DNA from: Octopus vulgaris
Lineage: Eukaryota
Direction: 5' to 3'
Assembly: GCA_951406725.2 (NCBI GenBank)
Contig: OX597822.1
Location: 77,066,001 to 77,130,000 of the forward strand
DNA: 64,000 nucleotides
Below the pieces are notes generated by a model. That model ran no database searches. It worked only from the letters and a program-made list of their open reading frames with translations, and was not told the origin of the DNA. The position numbers and the translations under genes are program-made. The stretch's first letter is position 1. Every line of letters begins with the position of its first letter. This document shows positions 51,095-64,000 of the stretch, piece after piece.

Positions 51095-51478
51095 GGTGCA
51101 GGCGTGACTGTGTGGCAAGAACCTTGCTTCGCAACCGCATGGCTCTGGGTTCAGCCCCACTCTATGGCACCTTGGGCAAGTGTCTTCTACTATTAGACTC
51201 GGGCCGACCAAAGCTTTGTGAGTGGATTTGGTAGACGGAAACTGAAAAAAGCCGGTGGTATAATATATATGTGTATATGTTTGTGCGTCTGTGTTTGTCT
51301 CTCCACCGTCGCTTGACAACCGATGTTGGTGTGTTTATGTCTCCGTAACTTAGCGGTTCGGCAAGAGACCGATAGAATAAGTACTAGGCTTACAAAGTAT
51401 AAGTCCTGAGATCGATTTGTTAGACTAAAGGCAGTGCTCCAGCATAGCCACAGTCAAATGACAAACAAGTAAAAGAAC
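51095..51478 (+). mobile_element. Full-length bipartite tRNA-SINE
   Basis: A/B-box head, short TA/TG spacer, 3' half and tail gtgctccagcatagccacagtcaaatgac..aagtaaaaga. Additional 3' halves lie at 51530-51700 and 52590-52778. Confidence 0.9.
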
Positions 51479-51978
51479 ATATATATATATATATATATAT
51501 ATACGAGTGTATGTGGGTGCGTGTGTTTCTGTTTGTACCTTACTACCACTTGAGAACAGATATTGGATTCTTTACGTCCCCTTAACTTAGCGGTTGGGCA
51601 AAAACATCCCAATAGAATAAGAACTGGTGTCAATTTGTTCGACTACTACATCCTTCAACGCGATGCCCCAGTATGACCACAGTCCATTGATTGAAACAAA
51701 TAATAGTTAAAACAATTTGTTTGACTATCCAACATGAAAATACCTAAGGATGATACATACGTGCACGCGCGCGCACATACACACAGATACGCACACACAC
51801 ACACACACTCACACACACACACACACGCACACACACACACACACTCATACATATGGATCATTTTAAAATCCTTATAACTGCTTATAAAGTATTCTAAATT
51901 TTCGCCAGATTTTTTCCAGATTTTCTACACCGATGTACTTTTGGATGCTGACGAAAATCACATTCATTTTTCTTAAAC

Positions 51979-52064
<86 letters not shown>

Positions 52065-52210
52065 CCTTTCTACTTAAGGCACAAAGCCTGAAATTTGGAG
52101 AGAGGTGACTAGTCGATTACATCGACCTCAATGTTTCACTGGTACATAATTTATCGGCCCCAAAAGGATGAAAGGCAAAGTCGACCTCGATGAAAGGCAA
52201 AGACGACCTC

Positions 52211-52256
<46 letters not shown>

Positions 52257-53589
52257 GTAAAAGGTCAGATGCGTTTAAAATTATGTAATTTGAACCAGTC
52301 GGAAGCTTCCATTGTTGACATACCAGTAGTCGCATCTGCCTGTTTCCATGAAAACAGTACACACACACACACAATGAAAACGAAACCTTTACATGGCCTC
52401 TTGACCTACTAGAAATAACAGCCAGACCTTCTTGAAACTACATTATAAAGTCTGAAGTCATACAGGGCGGCACATTGTGCCATATCACAGTTTATTCCTC
52501 GCATAGTACTCAACAGGGAGAATGCTTTCTCCCTATTGAGTAGTGTTATTAATATCATTCTCATTACAATCAACCTCCACAAATGTAATTTGTGTTGTCT
52601 CCCACCGTCGCTTGACAACCGGTGTTGGTGTGTTTACGTCCGCGTATCTTAGCGGTCGGCAAAAGTACCGGGCTTTAAAGAACAAGTACTGGGGTGAATT
52701 CATTCGACTAAAAATTCTTGAAGGTGGTGCTCCAACATGGCCGCAGTCTGATGACTGAATCAAGTAAAGAATAAAAGATAACACCATACCATTACAAACG
52801 TATGGAAACTTATATAAATGGAGGAAACTGACTGGATGCAGTTTTATATACCACAAGCCTGCTGACATCAGCATATGCCACAAAAAAAAATTGTTTCAAG
52901 AACGTTTGTCTCCCCCTTTTCTTCATGTACATTTTCAACTTGTCTACTGTCAGGCAATTCTCTCTTTCCATTCTTCTATTATAATTCCATTTACATTTAG
53001 AAAGTTTTAAAAGAATATTAAAATCGATAGCCAGTACTGTACTTGATTGGTGCTGTATCTTATCGACAACGGAAAAATGAAAGGCAAAGTTATCATGCGT
53101 TGTATTTGAACGAAGTATGTGAAGAGCCGCAACTACGTACACCACAGGCATTTTCTCAACTCGATAACAATTCTGCCAGATCTTCATTCATTGTCATGAG
53201 CTTTCTATCTTCAAATTTCTGAAAATAGCATCCAGATATTTAATAGCAAATTCTTTCGTCTCCCTCACTGCATTGTCTGTGCTGCTTTAAATTCAAAATG
53301 GCTCCTACATTGACATCTAAATCATACATATAACAAATAATTTTCTGGCGTCCCCTAGTATTGAGAGATTTCAGCCACAGTTCCTGTTGTAATTTCAAGC
53401 TGCAAGTTTTATTTCTTCAAATAAGTTTTATTAGGCTTTCGTTACGTTATCATTCAAAATTATGTTCATCAACTCAACCGCCTTCTGTAATCTATTTGCC
53501 CTTAATTCAGCGGGATACCTGACTACCACACTCAGAAACGATCCCACTATTACTGGTCAAGCTAAATTGCCGAGATCTTTACATTTTCT

Positions 53590-53954
53590 ATTCTTTTATT
53601 CTTATACCTGTTACAGTCATTTGACTGTCACCATGCTGGAGCACCGCCTTTAGTTGAACAAATTGACCTCAGGACTTATTCTTTGTAAGTCTAGTACTTA
53701 CTTCATTGTCTCCTTTGCCGAACGCTAGGTTACGGAGACGTAAACACACCAGCGTCGGTTGTCAAGCGATGGTGGGGGAACAAACACAGACACACACTCA
53801 TACACATATATATGTATATACACGACTGGCTTCTTTCAGTTTCCGTCCACCAAATCCACTCACAAGGCTTTGGTTGAAGCAAGGTACTGCGCAGTGGGAC
53901 TGAACCCGGAACTATGTGGTTAGGAAGCAAGCTTCTTACCACACAGCAACTCCA
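53590..53954 (-). mobile_element. Bipartite tRNA-SINE
   Basis: Reverse-complement match to 51095-51478. Confidence 0.88.
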
Positions 53955-54112
53955 GGTTTAATTTAATTTTATTTATTTATTTATTTATTTTTCCACTAGG
54001 AGTAAAATCTAGGAATGTAACAATGAAGAATTTATTTCGTTTCCATGAGTTTTGATGTGAACTCGCGTGCTGATACAGGTTTTGATGTCTCGGAATAGTT
54101 ATTGTGCCACTG

Positions 54113-54310
54113 AGGTGGCAAGCACGCCGGACAGTAATGCTTAGCGGCATTTCGCCCGTCTTTATATTCTGAGTCAAATTTCACCGAGGTTGACTTTGCC
54201 TTTCATCATTTCGAGATCGATAAAATAAATACTAGTTGAGCACTGGGGTCGATGTAATCGACTTACTCACTCCCCTAAAATTGTTGGTTTTATACCAAAA
54301 TTTGAAACCA
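54113..54310 (+). mobile_element. Meta-domain SINE (other fragments at 44089-44300, 52065-52210, 53030-53185)
   Basis: gactttgcctttcatc...gataaaataa...cactggggtcgatgtaatcgact. Confidence 0.8.
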
Positions 54311-54689
54311 AAATGCAAACATACTGATTCTGATTTAATCCTTATCACATTAATTAGTCAACTGATTAATTATTTCACCAATTAACTAATTGATTGTTTG
54401 ATGAAGCGTTCGGCTAATCCATCAGTCAACCAATCAGCTACGTTTATCATCGCTAAGGTCACGAATGGTACGGAAGGACTCTGACGAATCTACATGATTG
54501 ATTGATTTAGCGAACGTTTGACCGAGCGACAGATGAGTCAGTTGGTTAAGTATTTAAGCAACTGATGAATAGTAATAAAAGAAGCTAAATAAAATCAATG
54601 TGTGTGTTATTATAGGCATAATGACCCTCCTGAGATACAACAAACAGTGTTTATTACAATTTACTAAATGTAAGAACAAAATGTATTAT

Positions 54690-55072
54690 TGTTTTACTCT
54701 TTTACTCTTATATTTGTTTCAATCATTTTCGTTGTGGCCATGCTGGAGTACCGCCTTTAGTCGAGTGAATCGACACCAGGACTTAATCTTTGTAAACCTA
54801 GTACTTATTCTATCGATTTCTTTTGCCGAACCGTTAATTATGGGGACGTAAACACACCAGCATCGGTTTTAAAGCGGTGGTGGGGGACAAACACACACAC
54901 TTATAAATTATATACGACAGGCTTCTTTCAGTTTCCGTCATCTAAATCCACTCACAAAGCTTTGGTCGGCCCGAGGTTATAGTAGAAGACACTTGCCCAA
55001 GGTGCCACGCAGTGAGACTGAACCCGGAACCATGTGGTTGGTAAGCAAGCTACTAACCACCCAGTCTCTCCT
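54690..55072 (-). mobile_element. Bipartite tRNA-SINE
   Basis: Reverse-complement match to 51095-51478. Confidence 0.88.
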
Positions 55073-55859
55073 TCGCTATTACTTTCCCATTTTTCTTTAC
55101 TAAATAGATCACAAACATGACATGGCTCCCTAAACCCGGCGTAAACTCAGTAGACTGCTTGTGGTGTCGCTACCTTCAGACGGTCCACGCTGCGCTATCA
55201 TTGACACTTATATCTTCCGCTACAACAAAGACTTTATGGATTCCAGATAATCTTCCAAACCTGTTCGGTCATCTACAAAATGTTTCGTTAGTATTCTTTT
55301 TATTTCATAGCATATTTTTTTTTATTGCTTGGTTTTGCAAAACGTATTCGTACTGTTTGTATACAGAAGTAAATCGAAATTGTATAAACTACAAACTGCA
55401 TCGAACCTTGCTATATATCCGGAACTCGATAACTCAATAGCTTCACAAAAAGTGTCGTCTTCATCCGGCTTATTACCAATAAAGAGATGTGGTTACAACT
55501 GTACTTCGCAGTATTACTGGTTCTGAATAAGTGTATTTGTTCTGTGTGAACATAGTGTAATAAAATATTCTCCTAAACAACCGTTGTGAATCTGCAATCC
55601 GAATGTACAATGAACACCCACTACAGAGGATGTAATTTAGTCACGACGGCGAAACGTTTGTAGAGAGCAAATGGAATAAATTGCATATTATGTTTGTCAT
55701 ATTTTTCATACATAAACATACACATTCATAATTATGTATGTATATGTGTCTGTGTGTATGTATATATGTATGTATTATGTATGTATGTATGTATGTATGT
55801 ATGTATGTATGCATGCATGCACGCATGTCACCATCTACCTTCTAACCAAAACCCTAACC

Positions 55860-56082
55860 TTCTTTGAACAGAACAGGATTGTTGGGGCGCAAAGAAATCG
55901 TGAATTACTCACGTCCAGAGCCATTTCCTTACCTTCGGTTCCAACAGACCATCAGTGCCCGACCTGCGGCAGAGCCTTCCGATCATACATCGGATTGATT
56001 GGCCACAGCCGGACACACCGTTGTTCATATTCTCCTATGTGATGTCTTTGGTCATCGTCGACAACGGCGAAAGAACTAATAA
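55860..56082 (+). mobile_element. 3' end of an RTE-clade LINE (terminal C2H2 finger plus 3' UTR)
   Basis: HQCPTCGRAFRSYIGLIGHSRTH matches the CPxCxRxFxxxIGLxSHxRxH C-terminus of RTE ORFs. It is followed by a stop, gtcatcgtcgacaacggcga and taataat. Confidence 0.78.
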
Positions 56083-56181
56083 TGCTTACATGTATGTATG
56101 TCTGTATGTATGTATGTATGTATAACCTAGTTATCGAGTGTTCTAGCATCGTAGTTTTCGATTTTATGCGGTTACTAAGTT

Positions 56182-56252
<71 letters not shown>

Positions 56253-57041
56253 TCGTGCACATATATATATACTTGTATATGTATACATACTTGTATATAC
56301 ATATACACATATATATATATGTATGTGCATGCATGAATGTATGTATGTATGTATATATTGGTAAGTATGTACAACGTTTTGTGCGCGTGCATGCTTGTGC
56401 GTAAATATATCTCTGTATAAGTGTGCGTACGCGCGCAAGCGTGCATATGTGCATGTGTGCGCGTGGTAGTCTTTGTGTGTGTGTCTGTATCACTGTATAT
56501 GAGTGCATTTGTATGAAGCCGCAGACTTTCCTCGCCAATCCAATCTTATCCAATTTTCACTTCAGCAACTTTTTGTACACAGTTCTGTTCCCCTTCAGAG
56601 TTCTTTTTCTTTTTCTTTTCCTGTTTTTTTTTACCTGATTTTGTTTTTCTAGTTTGTCTTTTGGGTGTGTTTGTATATTCTCTTGATTTGTATGGTTATG
56701 TTTGTTCTGTTTATTGAAGAGGAGGAGGAGGAAGAGGATAGAGCAGCAGGAAGAAATAATGATTTAAAAGAGAGTAAGCGATAATAAGACTGAGTTGAGT
56801 AACGTAGAAAGATGCATATAAACAGAGAGAGGGGGAGAGAGAAAGAGACAGAAATACATAGATAGAGAGAGAGAGGGGGGGAGAAAGAGAGATAGACAGA
56901 GAAAGTGGGGAAACGGAGAAAGAGGGAGAGATAGAAAGATTGAGAAGGAGAAAGGGAAGATAGTAAATTGGGGATATGATAGAGAAAATGAGAATTGTGT
57001 ACGAGGGAGAGAGAAACAAGCGCACACATTAAACAGTGAGA

Positions 57042-57087
<46 letters not shown>

Positions 57088-57750
57088 TTGAAGAGAGAAG
57101 AAGAAAGAGAAACTGAGTGGGAGGAGAAAAAGAAAAGGAGACACATTAAAGAGTGAATGAATGAAGAGGGGGAAGAGTAATAGAGAATTTGAGCACGGTG
57201 TGATAGAACGAGAAAGAAGTACTAAGAGTAAAGAGATAAGAGAAAGAGAGGTGGGGAGAAGAAAGAAAAAGAGGGATAGAGAAAGAGAGAGAGAAGAGAA
57301 GATAATGTTACAACATGTAACACACTACCATTTACTGTCCATCAGAAAGCAGACGATAACGGTGTGAGTTTAACGATGTAGAAAACTTTAAAGATGGCGG
57401 AAGGTGTTAAGCTTAATCTGTTTGGATGGTTGTTCTTCTTTTACGAACTGTTTCTTTTTCTTTGTTATTTCCTTTTTTGTTCTTGTTGCTGTTGTTGTTG
57501 TTGTATTTGATTCTCTTTCTTGCACGTCTTCTTCCCCTTTTCGCTCTTCTCAGTTTCTTGTATCTTCCATTATTAGACAAACATGCATACAAATATAGAT
57601 GCAAATAGTCAGATTGACTGACAAACAGGCCTTTAGACTGATATATAAAGTGATAGAATTTTTCACACATACACATATATATATATATAAAAAAACATGC
57701 TCGCACAGACATAGCCACAAATACATTCGTACGTACATACGTACGTACGC

Positions 57751-58316
<566 letters not shown>

Positions 58317-58638
58317 ATATATATATATCTACAGTTTATTCTTAAACAAAAATATTTTTGACAGCGATTTCGAAGTTTGGCCAGTTAAGCTATTATTACG
58401 ATGCATTTATCTTGGTTTTATATAGTCTGTGTTGGGTTAAAATGGGGTGGATGTTAGGTTTTAGGGGTGAGTTGTTATGGAGAGGTGTTCTGGAGAAATT
58501 TTTATTGATTACGGTATGTTATTATTTAGAATTTATTCATGTATGTAGAGCTTTTTAAGCAAGTGTGTATGTTTAGGTGAGTCCCTTTGTTAAGTAGGCA
58601 CAGAATGTGTTAGTAGTTTAGGTATTTTTGGTTATTAA

Positions 58639-58671
<33 letters not shown>

Positions 58672-59678
58672 TACATCAAAGTGCGGAGTTTATGATTGGG
58701 CTCAACAGACGAACATAAATACGCAGCGACAATATATAGCATAATAAAGTGTAATACAAACGATATGGCAGCTGAAAATCAATCGAATATACATACTGAA
58801 AAGAAACGAATAAACGTAGAGAGACAGCTAGATAAATAGGCAGACAGACAGACAGACAAACAGAAAGATAGAAAGATAGATAGTTCTAAAAGGCCAGCGT
58901 GAGCGGTGATAACGAAAGTTGTACACATTTACTACGATTCTACGATCGACTATTTCTTGCATCCAATATTCATTCTCTCTAAGTACTTTACAATCATATT
59001 TTTTTTACATATATTCTCTCTCTCTCCCTCTCTCTCAAAACAATGGAAAATATGTATTTCACCAATCACAACCCACCGCCCTCTTACACTAAATATCCCT
59101 ACTGCGATAGACTTTGAACGCTGTTGCTTTGAGTAAACAATTTATTGTATGTTTGCTAAAGCCATTGAGTGATAATACCATAACTAAAGACTTCACCTTT
59201 TTTTTTTTACTGTACATCTAACGCAAGTCAGCAAATTAACATGCTGGTAACGGTGATGGGGAAATCTAGCCTACTTTTTCTCCTCCTACCATACGAAACT
59301 GTGCATGGAAGTAGCTCAGCCTTGCAGCGAAACATCGCATTCGTTAATTACTGAATGTTCTTAAGTTCCAGTTCTTTAGCCCCAGGTTAAAGCTGATTGA
59401 AGAGACTTATGATCATCAACAGTTCAACCATGATCACTTAGCGGATTTTTTTTTTTTTTACCTCTTCTGGAATTATTTACTACTCCAGACTTATATTATC
59501 GAAAATGTACTTTAAAAAAAATAATAAAATAAGGCAGAGTATGATTTGAGTGATATGTAGTTGTCATTTCTAACCTTTGAGCGATCTCATATAGACTCTC
59601 CTGTTGACCTATGAACGATCTTACGATCAGCGACGAAATATATTCAATCAAGTTATTCAGCCGTAGAAAGATTAGCTA

Positions 59679-60255
59679 TCAGGTCATCCCATAAGTTCAG
59701 TCTGATTTTACCTTTTTTGAAAATTGAAAGAAATTTAATAGTATTTTAGAATGTCTGATGAAATTAAAAACTATTTTTATGCATTTGTGTACATTTAAAC
59801 TAGTTAAATATTATTTTAACAGAATAATAGAATTAAAATTTCTTTGATTAAAACCATTTCTAACATGGAAGTATCCAAAGAGCATTTAAGGCACATAATG
59901 CTTTATGAGTACAAAAAGAAAAAAGGAAACTCAGCAGCCGAAGCGACTCGAAAATGTTAAATGCCGTAAACAGTGTCTTAGTAAAAGGGAAAAAGCTCAA
60001 CCACAACCGAGAAGGGAACTTCATGGAAAAAAGGTTCTTCTCTCTATCTGGTGGGATTGCAAAGGAGTAATTCACTTTGATTTGTTACCACTTAATCCAA
60101 TAATCAATGCTCAAGTCTACTGTCAGCAATTAGAGCGTTTGAACCAAGCTTTGAAGAAAACAAGACCCGCTTTAGTGAATCGAAAAGGAGTGATATTTCA
60201 TCAGGACAATGCGCGACCCCACTCTGCAAAGATCACATCACAGAAGATCGAAGAC
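59679..60255 (+). mobile_element. Mariner fragment (left end plus catalytic-domain piece)
   Basis: KKVLLSIWWDCKGVIHFDLL...INAQVYCQQL...VIFHQDNARPH is the mariner second-Asp motif. A TIR-like ta|tcaggtcatcccataagttc lies at 59679, and the element is truncated by a SINE. Confidence 0.9.
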
Positions 60256-60261
60256 CTTTCA

Positions 60262-60560
60262 CTAGCACTTAATTGATCGACTCCGAAAGGATGAAAGGCA
60301 AAGTCGACCTCGGCGGAATTCGAACTCAGAACGTAGCGTCGGGCGAAATATCGTTAAGTATTTCAAATTTAAGCTCAAGGCCAGCAAGTTTAGGGGAGGG
60401 GATTAAGTCGATTACACTGGCCCCCAGTTCCCAACTGGTACTTAGTTTAGCGACCCCAAAAGGAATGAAAAGCAAAGTCAACCTCGACAGAATTTGAATT
60501 CAGAACGAAGGACGGACGAAATGCAGCTAAGCGTTTTGTCCGGCGTGTTAACGGTTCTGA
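60262..60560 (-). mobile_element. Two partial Meta-domain SINEs
   Basis: Cores at ~60285 and ~60460. Confidence 0.8.
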
Positions 60561-60687
60561 ACATATAAGCTGTAAACTAAGAGACAAACAGACCTGAAGT
60601 AGACCTGGAGAGGGCATGCCATTGAAAAGGTCGCAAATAGCGATCAAAGGACTTTGACAAATCTAACTTATTGACTAACTGACTGAA

Positions 60688-60937
60688 AGGTGTCCTTGAG
60701 TAAGACACTTTATTTCACGTTGCTCCACTCCACTCAGCTGGCAAAAATGAGTAGTGCCTGTATTTCAAAGGGTCAGCCTTGTCACACACTGCCCTGCGTC
60801 ACGCTGAATCTCCCTGAGAACGACGTTAAGGGTACACGTGTCTGTGGAGTGCTCAGCCACTTGCAAGTAAATTTCACGAGCAAGTAGTTCCGTTGATCGT
60901 ATCAGCTGGGACCCTCGTCGTCGTAACCGACGGAGTG
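60688..60937 (+). mobile_element. CORE-like SINE (head missing)
   Basis: Matches 39903-40145. Confidence 0.85.
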
Positions 60938-61318
60938 ATCCTTTATTTATTATGCATATCATGTTCTTTTGCTTTCTCTCTCTCTGTCTTTCTTTTTCCA
61001 TCCTATCATGCTGTTTATATCTTCCTTTCGATGCAGCGCTGTCATCGTTATAAAACAAGAATGCTGCTGCAGTTACCACGACGACTACTTCTACTTTGGT
61101 AGTACTGCTACAAACCATACTCCAGATGATATGTAGACATAAAGAAAAACAAAAACAAAACAAAAAAAAACAACAACCGTAAACGCGCCACGCGATAAGT
61201 GGAGAATAAGTATAAATATATTTGACTTATTAGGAGAATGTTCAAAGAATACATTTGTCGATAATCTATAAAGAGTGAATCTAAATGTGGACATAGGATG
61301 CATGCATACATACATACG

Positions 61319-61366
<48 letters not shown>

Positions 61367-61594
61367 GCTACGAGAGATAGAAAGTAAAAACAATGGCGAA
61401 TACCAGCGGCCCATTTAGCGCGCCGTGTTTGCATTTATTTGTCTGTGTTTGTTCTGCTCATATATCTTATCCAATGTCCACATTTATACTACTCAATACA
61501 TACATACATATATAGAGAGAGGGGTGGGAGAGACATATATATATATATAAACATATATACAGACGTGTGTGTGTGTGTGTGGGGGGGGGAGTAC

Positions 61595-61975
61595 AGGCAT
61601 GGCTGTGTGGTTAAGAAGATCGGTTTGCAGACAGGAGGCTTCTTGTTCAATTCCACTTCGTAGCATATTGGGAAAATATCATTTCCTATAACTCCGGGCT
61701 GAGTGAATTTGGAAGACAGGTACTGTGTAGAAACTCGTCATATGTGTGTGTGTGTGTGTATGTGCCTCTTTGTTGTTGCGATTGTCTCTAGCCCAGTTTG
61801 TCAGCCACTGTGTGTTTGTTTTCGCCCCCGTAACTTAGCAGTTCAGCAAAAGAACGCGATAGAATAAGTATCAGGGTTAAAAATAAGAATTAGGTTTCAT
61901 TTGTCCGACTAAACCCTTAAGCGCTATGCCCCAGCGTGGCTGCAGTCCAATATCTGAAACACAAAAAACGTGAAA
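61595..61975 (+). mobile_element. Diverged bipartite tRNA-SINE
   Basis: ggcatggctgtgtggttaag head, TG spacer, gtaacttagcagttcagcaaaaga and tail. Confidence 0.75.
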
Positions 61976-61990
61976 GATATATATGTATAT

Positions 61991-62030
61991 ACTAAACTAC
62001 CCGTGACCCGTTCGGTCACCGGGAAACTCT
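61991..62030 (-). mobile_element. Probable Helitron 3' terminus
   Basis: GC hairpin cccgtgacccgttcggtcaccggg, with a minus-strand TTAG|T (CTAG-like) a few nt beyond it. Confidence 0.45.
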
Positions 62031-62842
62031 AAGTTTCTCAGCAACGGGGTTTTGTTTCTTGTTTTTTTTTTCTCTTTCCCATGTTATTTCGCATGCTTTC
62101 AACGATGTGACATCGAAATCACGAGTAAACGGCTCCTTTCCCCAGAAAAAGAAAGATTTGACTGCTATTTTTTGCACACCCTGCTACCACTTAACAGATA
62201 TTTAGGGTCCTTTATTGCAAATAGCTGTTACGTGGTAGTATGGTGTAATAGAAATAGCAGCCAAATCTTTGGAAGTGAGATACGTTGAATGCACTCGACA
62301 AGAAAACATGGAAAACTATTTCTCATCGAAGTTTCGAACGAATCTTTAACGAAATATTTATTATATTTTTAAAGTCATTTTCACTTTAAAATAGTTTTTA
62401 AATATGCCAAAACAACTTTTGTAACGGTATTCACTTGAAAATAATTTTAAAAGCATTAAAATATTGTATGTTTAATGAAAGCTAAAATCTATATACTTAC
62501 AGTGCAAATAACTTTAAAATATCTCTAAATGATTAAAATATTGTGCTTAACAAAAGTGAAAGTATAATTAAATATATATATATATATATACGACGGGCTT
62601 CTTTCAGTTTCCGTCTGCCAAATCCACTCACAAGGCTTTGGCCGTGGTTGGGAAGCAAGCTTCTTACCACACATGTGTATGTGTGTGTGTGTGTGCGTGT
62701 GTGTGTATGTACTCGCGCGCGTGTATGTATACTATTCTCTCTCCCACTTTCCCTCTTTATCCTTTTCTCTTTCTCTCTCTCCCCTTCTCTCTCTCCCTCT
62801 CCTTCTTTCTGTCTTTCTCTCTCTCCCTCTCTCTCTCTAGGC

Positions 62843-63158
62843 TCTCCGTCGCTTACGACGAGGAATGATCCAGTTGATTCAATCAACGGAACAGCCTACT
62901 GTGAAATTATCTTGCAAGTGGCTGAACACCCCACAGAAAGGCGTATCCTTAACATAGTTCTGAGGAAGCTTCAGCGTGACACAGAATGTGGCAAGGCTGA
63001 CTCTTTCAGTTACAGGTACAACTCACTTTTGCCGACTGAATGAACTGGAGCAATGAGAAATAGTGTCTTGCTCAAGGACACAACGCCCCGCCGGGAATCG
63101 AACGCACGGTCTTACGATCGTAAACCGAATAACCTAACCACTAAGCCACATACCTTCC
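62843..63158 (-). mobile_element. CORE-like tRNA-SINE
   Basis: Reverse-complement match to 39826-40148 with an intact A/B-box head. A deleted bipartite-SINE head lies nearby at 62591-62672. Confidence 0.85.
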
Positions 63159-64000
63159 CTCTTTCAACACACACGCACACGTATACAGGCACTTATACAT
63201 TTATCATTCTTAAACAAGAAAATTATTGACAGTAACTTCGAAGTTTCGGGGAGATGAGCCATTGTCGGCAATGTGACAATGGCTTACCGAAACTTTGAAT
63301 TCTCTGTCAATGATATGCGTATTTAAGAATAATAAAGAATAATAAATTTGTTCTTTACAAAAGTATAGAGAAACCCATAAGATTAATATAAATTCATTTT
63401 CATTATAACTAAACATAAAAACATATACATATATACACACACACACAAGTATGTATGTATGTATGTATGTATGTATGTATGTATAAACAGTTACTGCTTA
63501 ATAATAAAAGAATATAGCAGAAACAATCAAACTTCCAAAGAAGATAATGAAGTGTCAGAAAGTTAATATAGATAAGATCGAGAATTCATGTCTAACTAAG
63601 CGGAAAGCGCTCTTCACGGTAAAAGATCACAAAATAGACTTCGCTAATAACTCTAGCTGTAAGCTTTGAGAAAAACTACAGATGTATGATTAATAAAAAG
63701 AGATTAAGGAATATAAATGTTAGCATTCGGAACCAAATTATCTTTTAATAGTAGAAATGAGAAGTGCAAATATCAGCTGATTCAGAGAGAATGAGAGTAA
63801 AATTTGGGCGAAATCCATTTCGTTCGATATCACGAATTTCTCCCCTTCTATAGGTCTATTGCCCACTGGAGAAGGATCTGGAAATCTCAAAATGATATGT
63901 TAATGCAGACATAATAAGCCCAGATATAGTTATGCATTCATTCACGCTCGGAAGACTTCGAACTTTAATGAAGAATCGGCAAGAATCAAGAAATCAGAAA

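Noticed and set aside
54350-54570. Degenerate inverted repeat (gcgttcggctaatccatcagtca / tgattgattgatttagcgaacgt)
   Set aside because: Probably an old MITE, but no termini, TSD or second copy were found, so it was not called.
55950-56030. C2H2 zinc finger as a host zinc-finger gene exon
   Set aside because: It is a single finger with the RTE-type IGLxxHxRxH signature, followed by a LINE-like 3' tail. There are no TGEKP linkers or tandem fingers.

Overview
AT-rich, gene-free eukaryotic DNA packed with (TA)n/(CA)n/(TAGA)n/(TACA)n/(TAA)n microsatellites and transposable-element debris. The repeat types strongly suggest an octopus (coleoid cephalopod) intergenic or intronic region; this is inference from SINE types and simple-repeat load. 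I found no credible host gene, and almost every ORF in the track is a microsatellite or SINE artefact. Recognisable elements are: four tRNA-headed SINE types (Meta-domain, V-domain, CORE-like, and a bipartite SINE with an internal microsatellite), decayed LINEs (CR1/L2-group, R4/Dong-like, RTE), Penelope-like element (PLE) remnants, four Tc1/mariner derivatives, and several Helitron/Helentron derivatives. The most notable signal is a set of type-I hammerhead ribozyme motifs belonging to several non-coding PLE-type mini-elements. One is a young 360-nt tandem-plus-inverted retrozyme-like element (47718-48517). Several cores are non-canonical (U4C twice, a compensatory G3:C8 swap, a possible U3:A8). 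All ribozyme calls come from hand-folding and are untested, and repeat boundaries are approximate.
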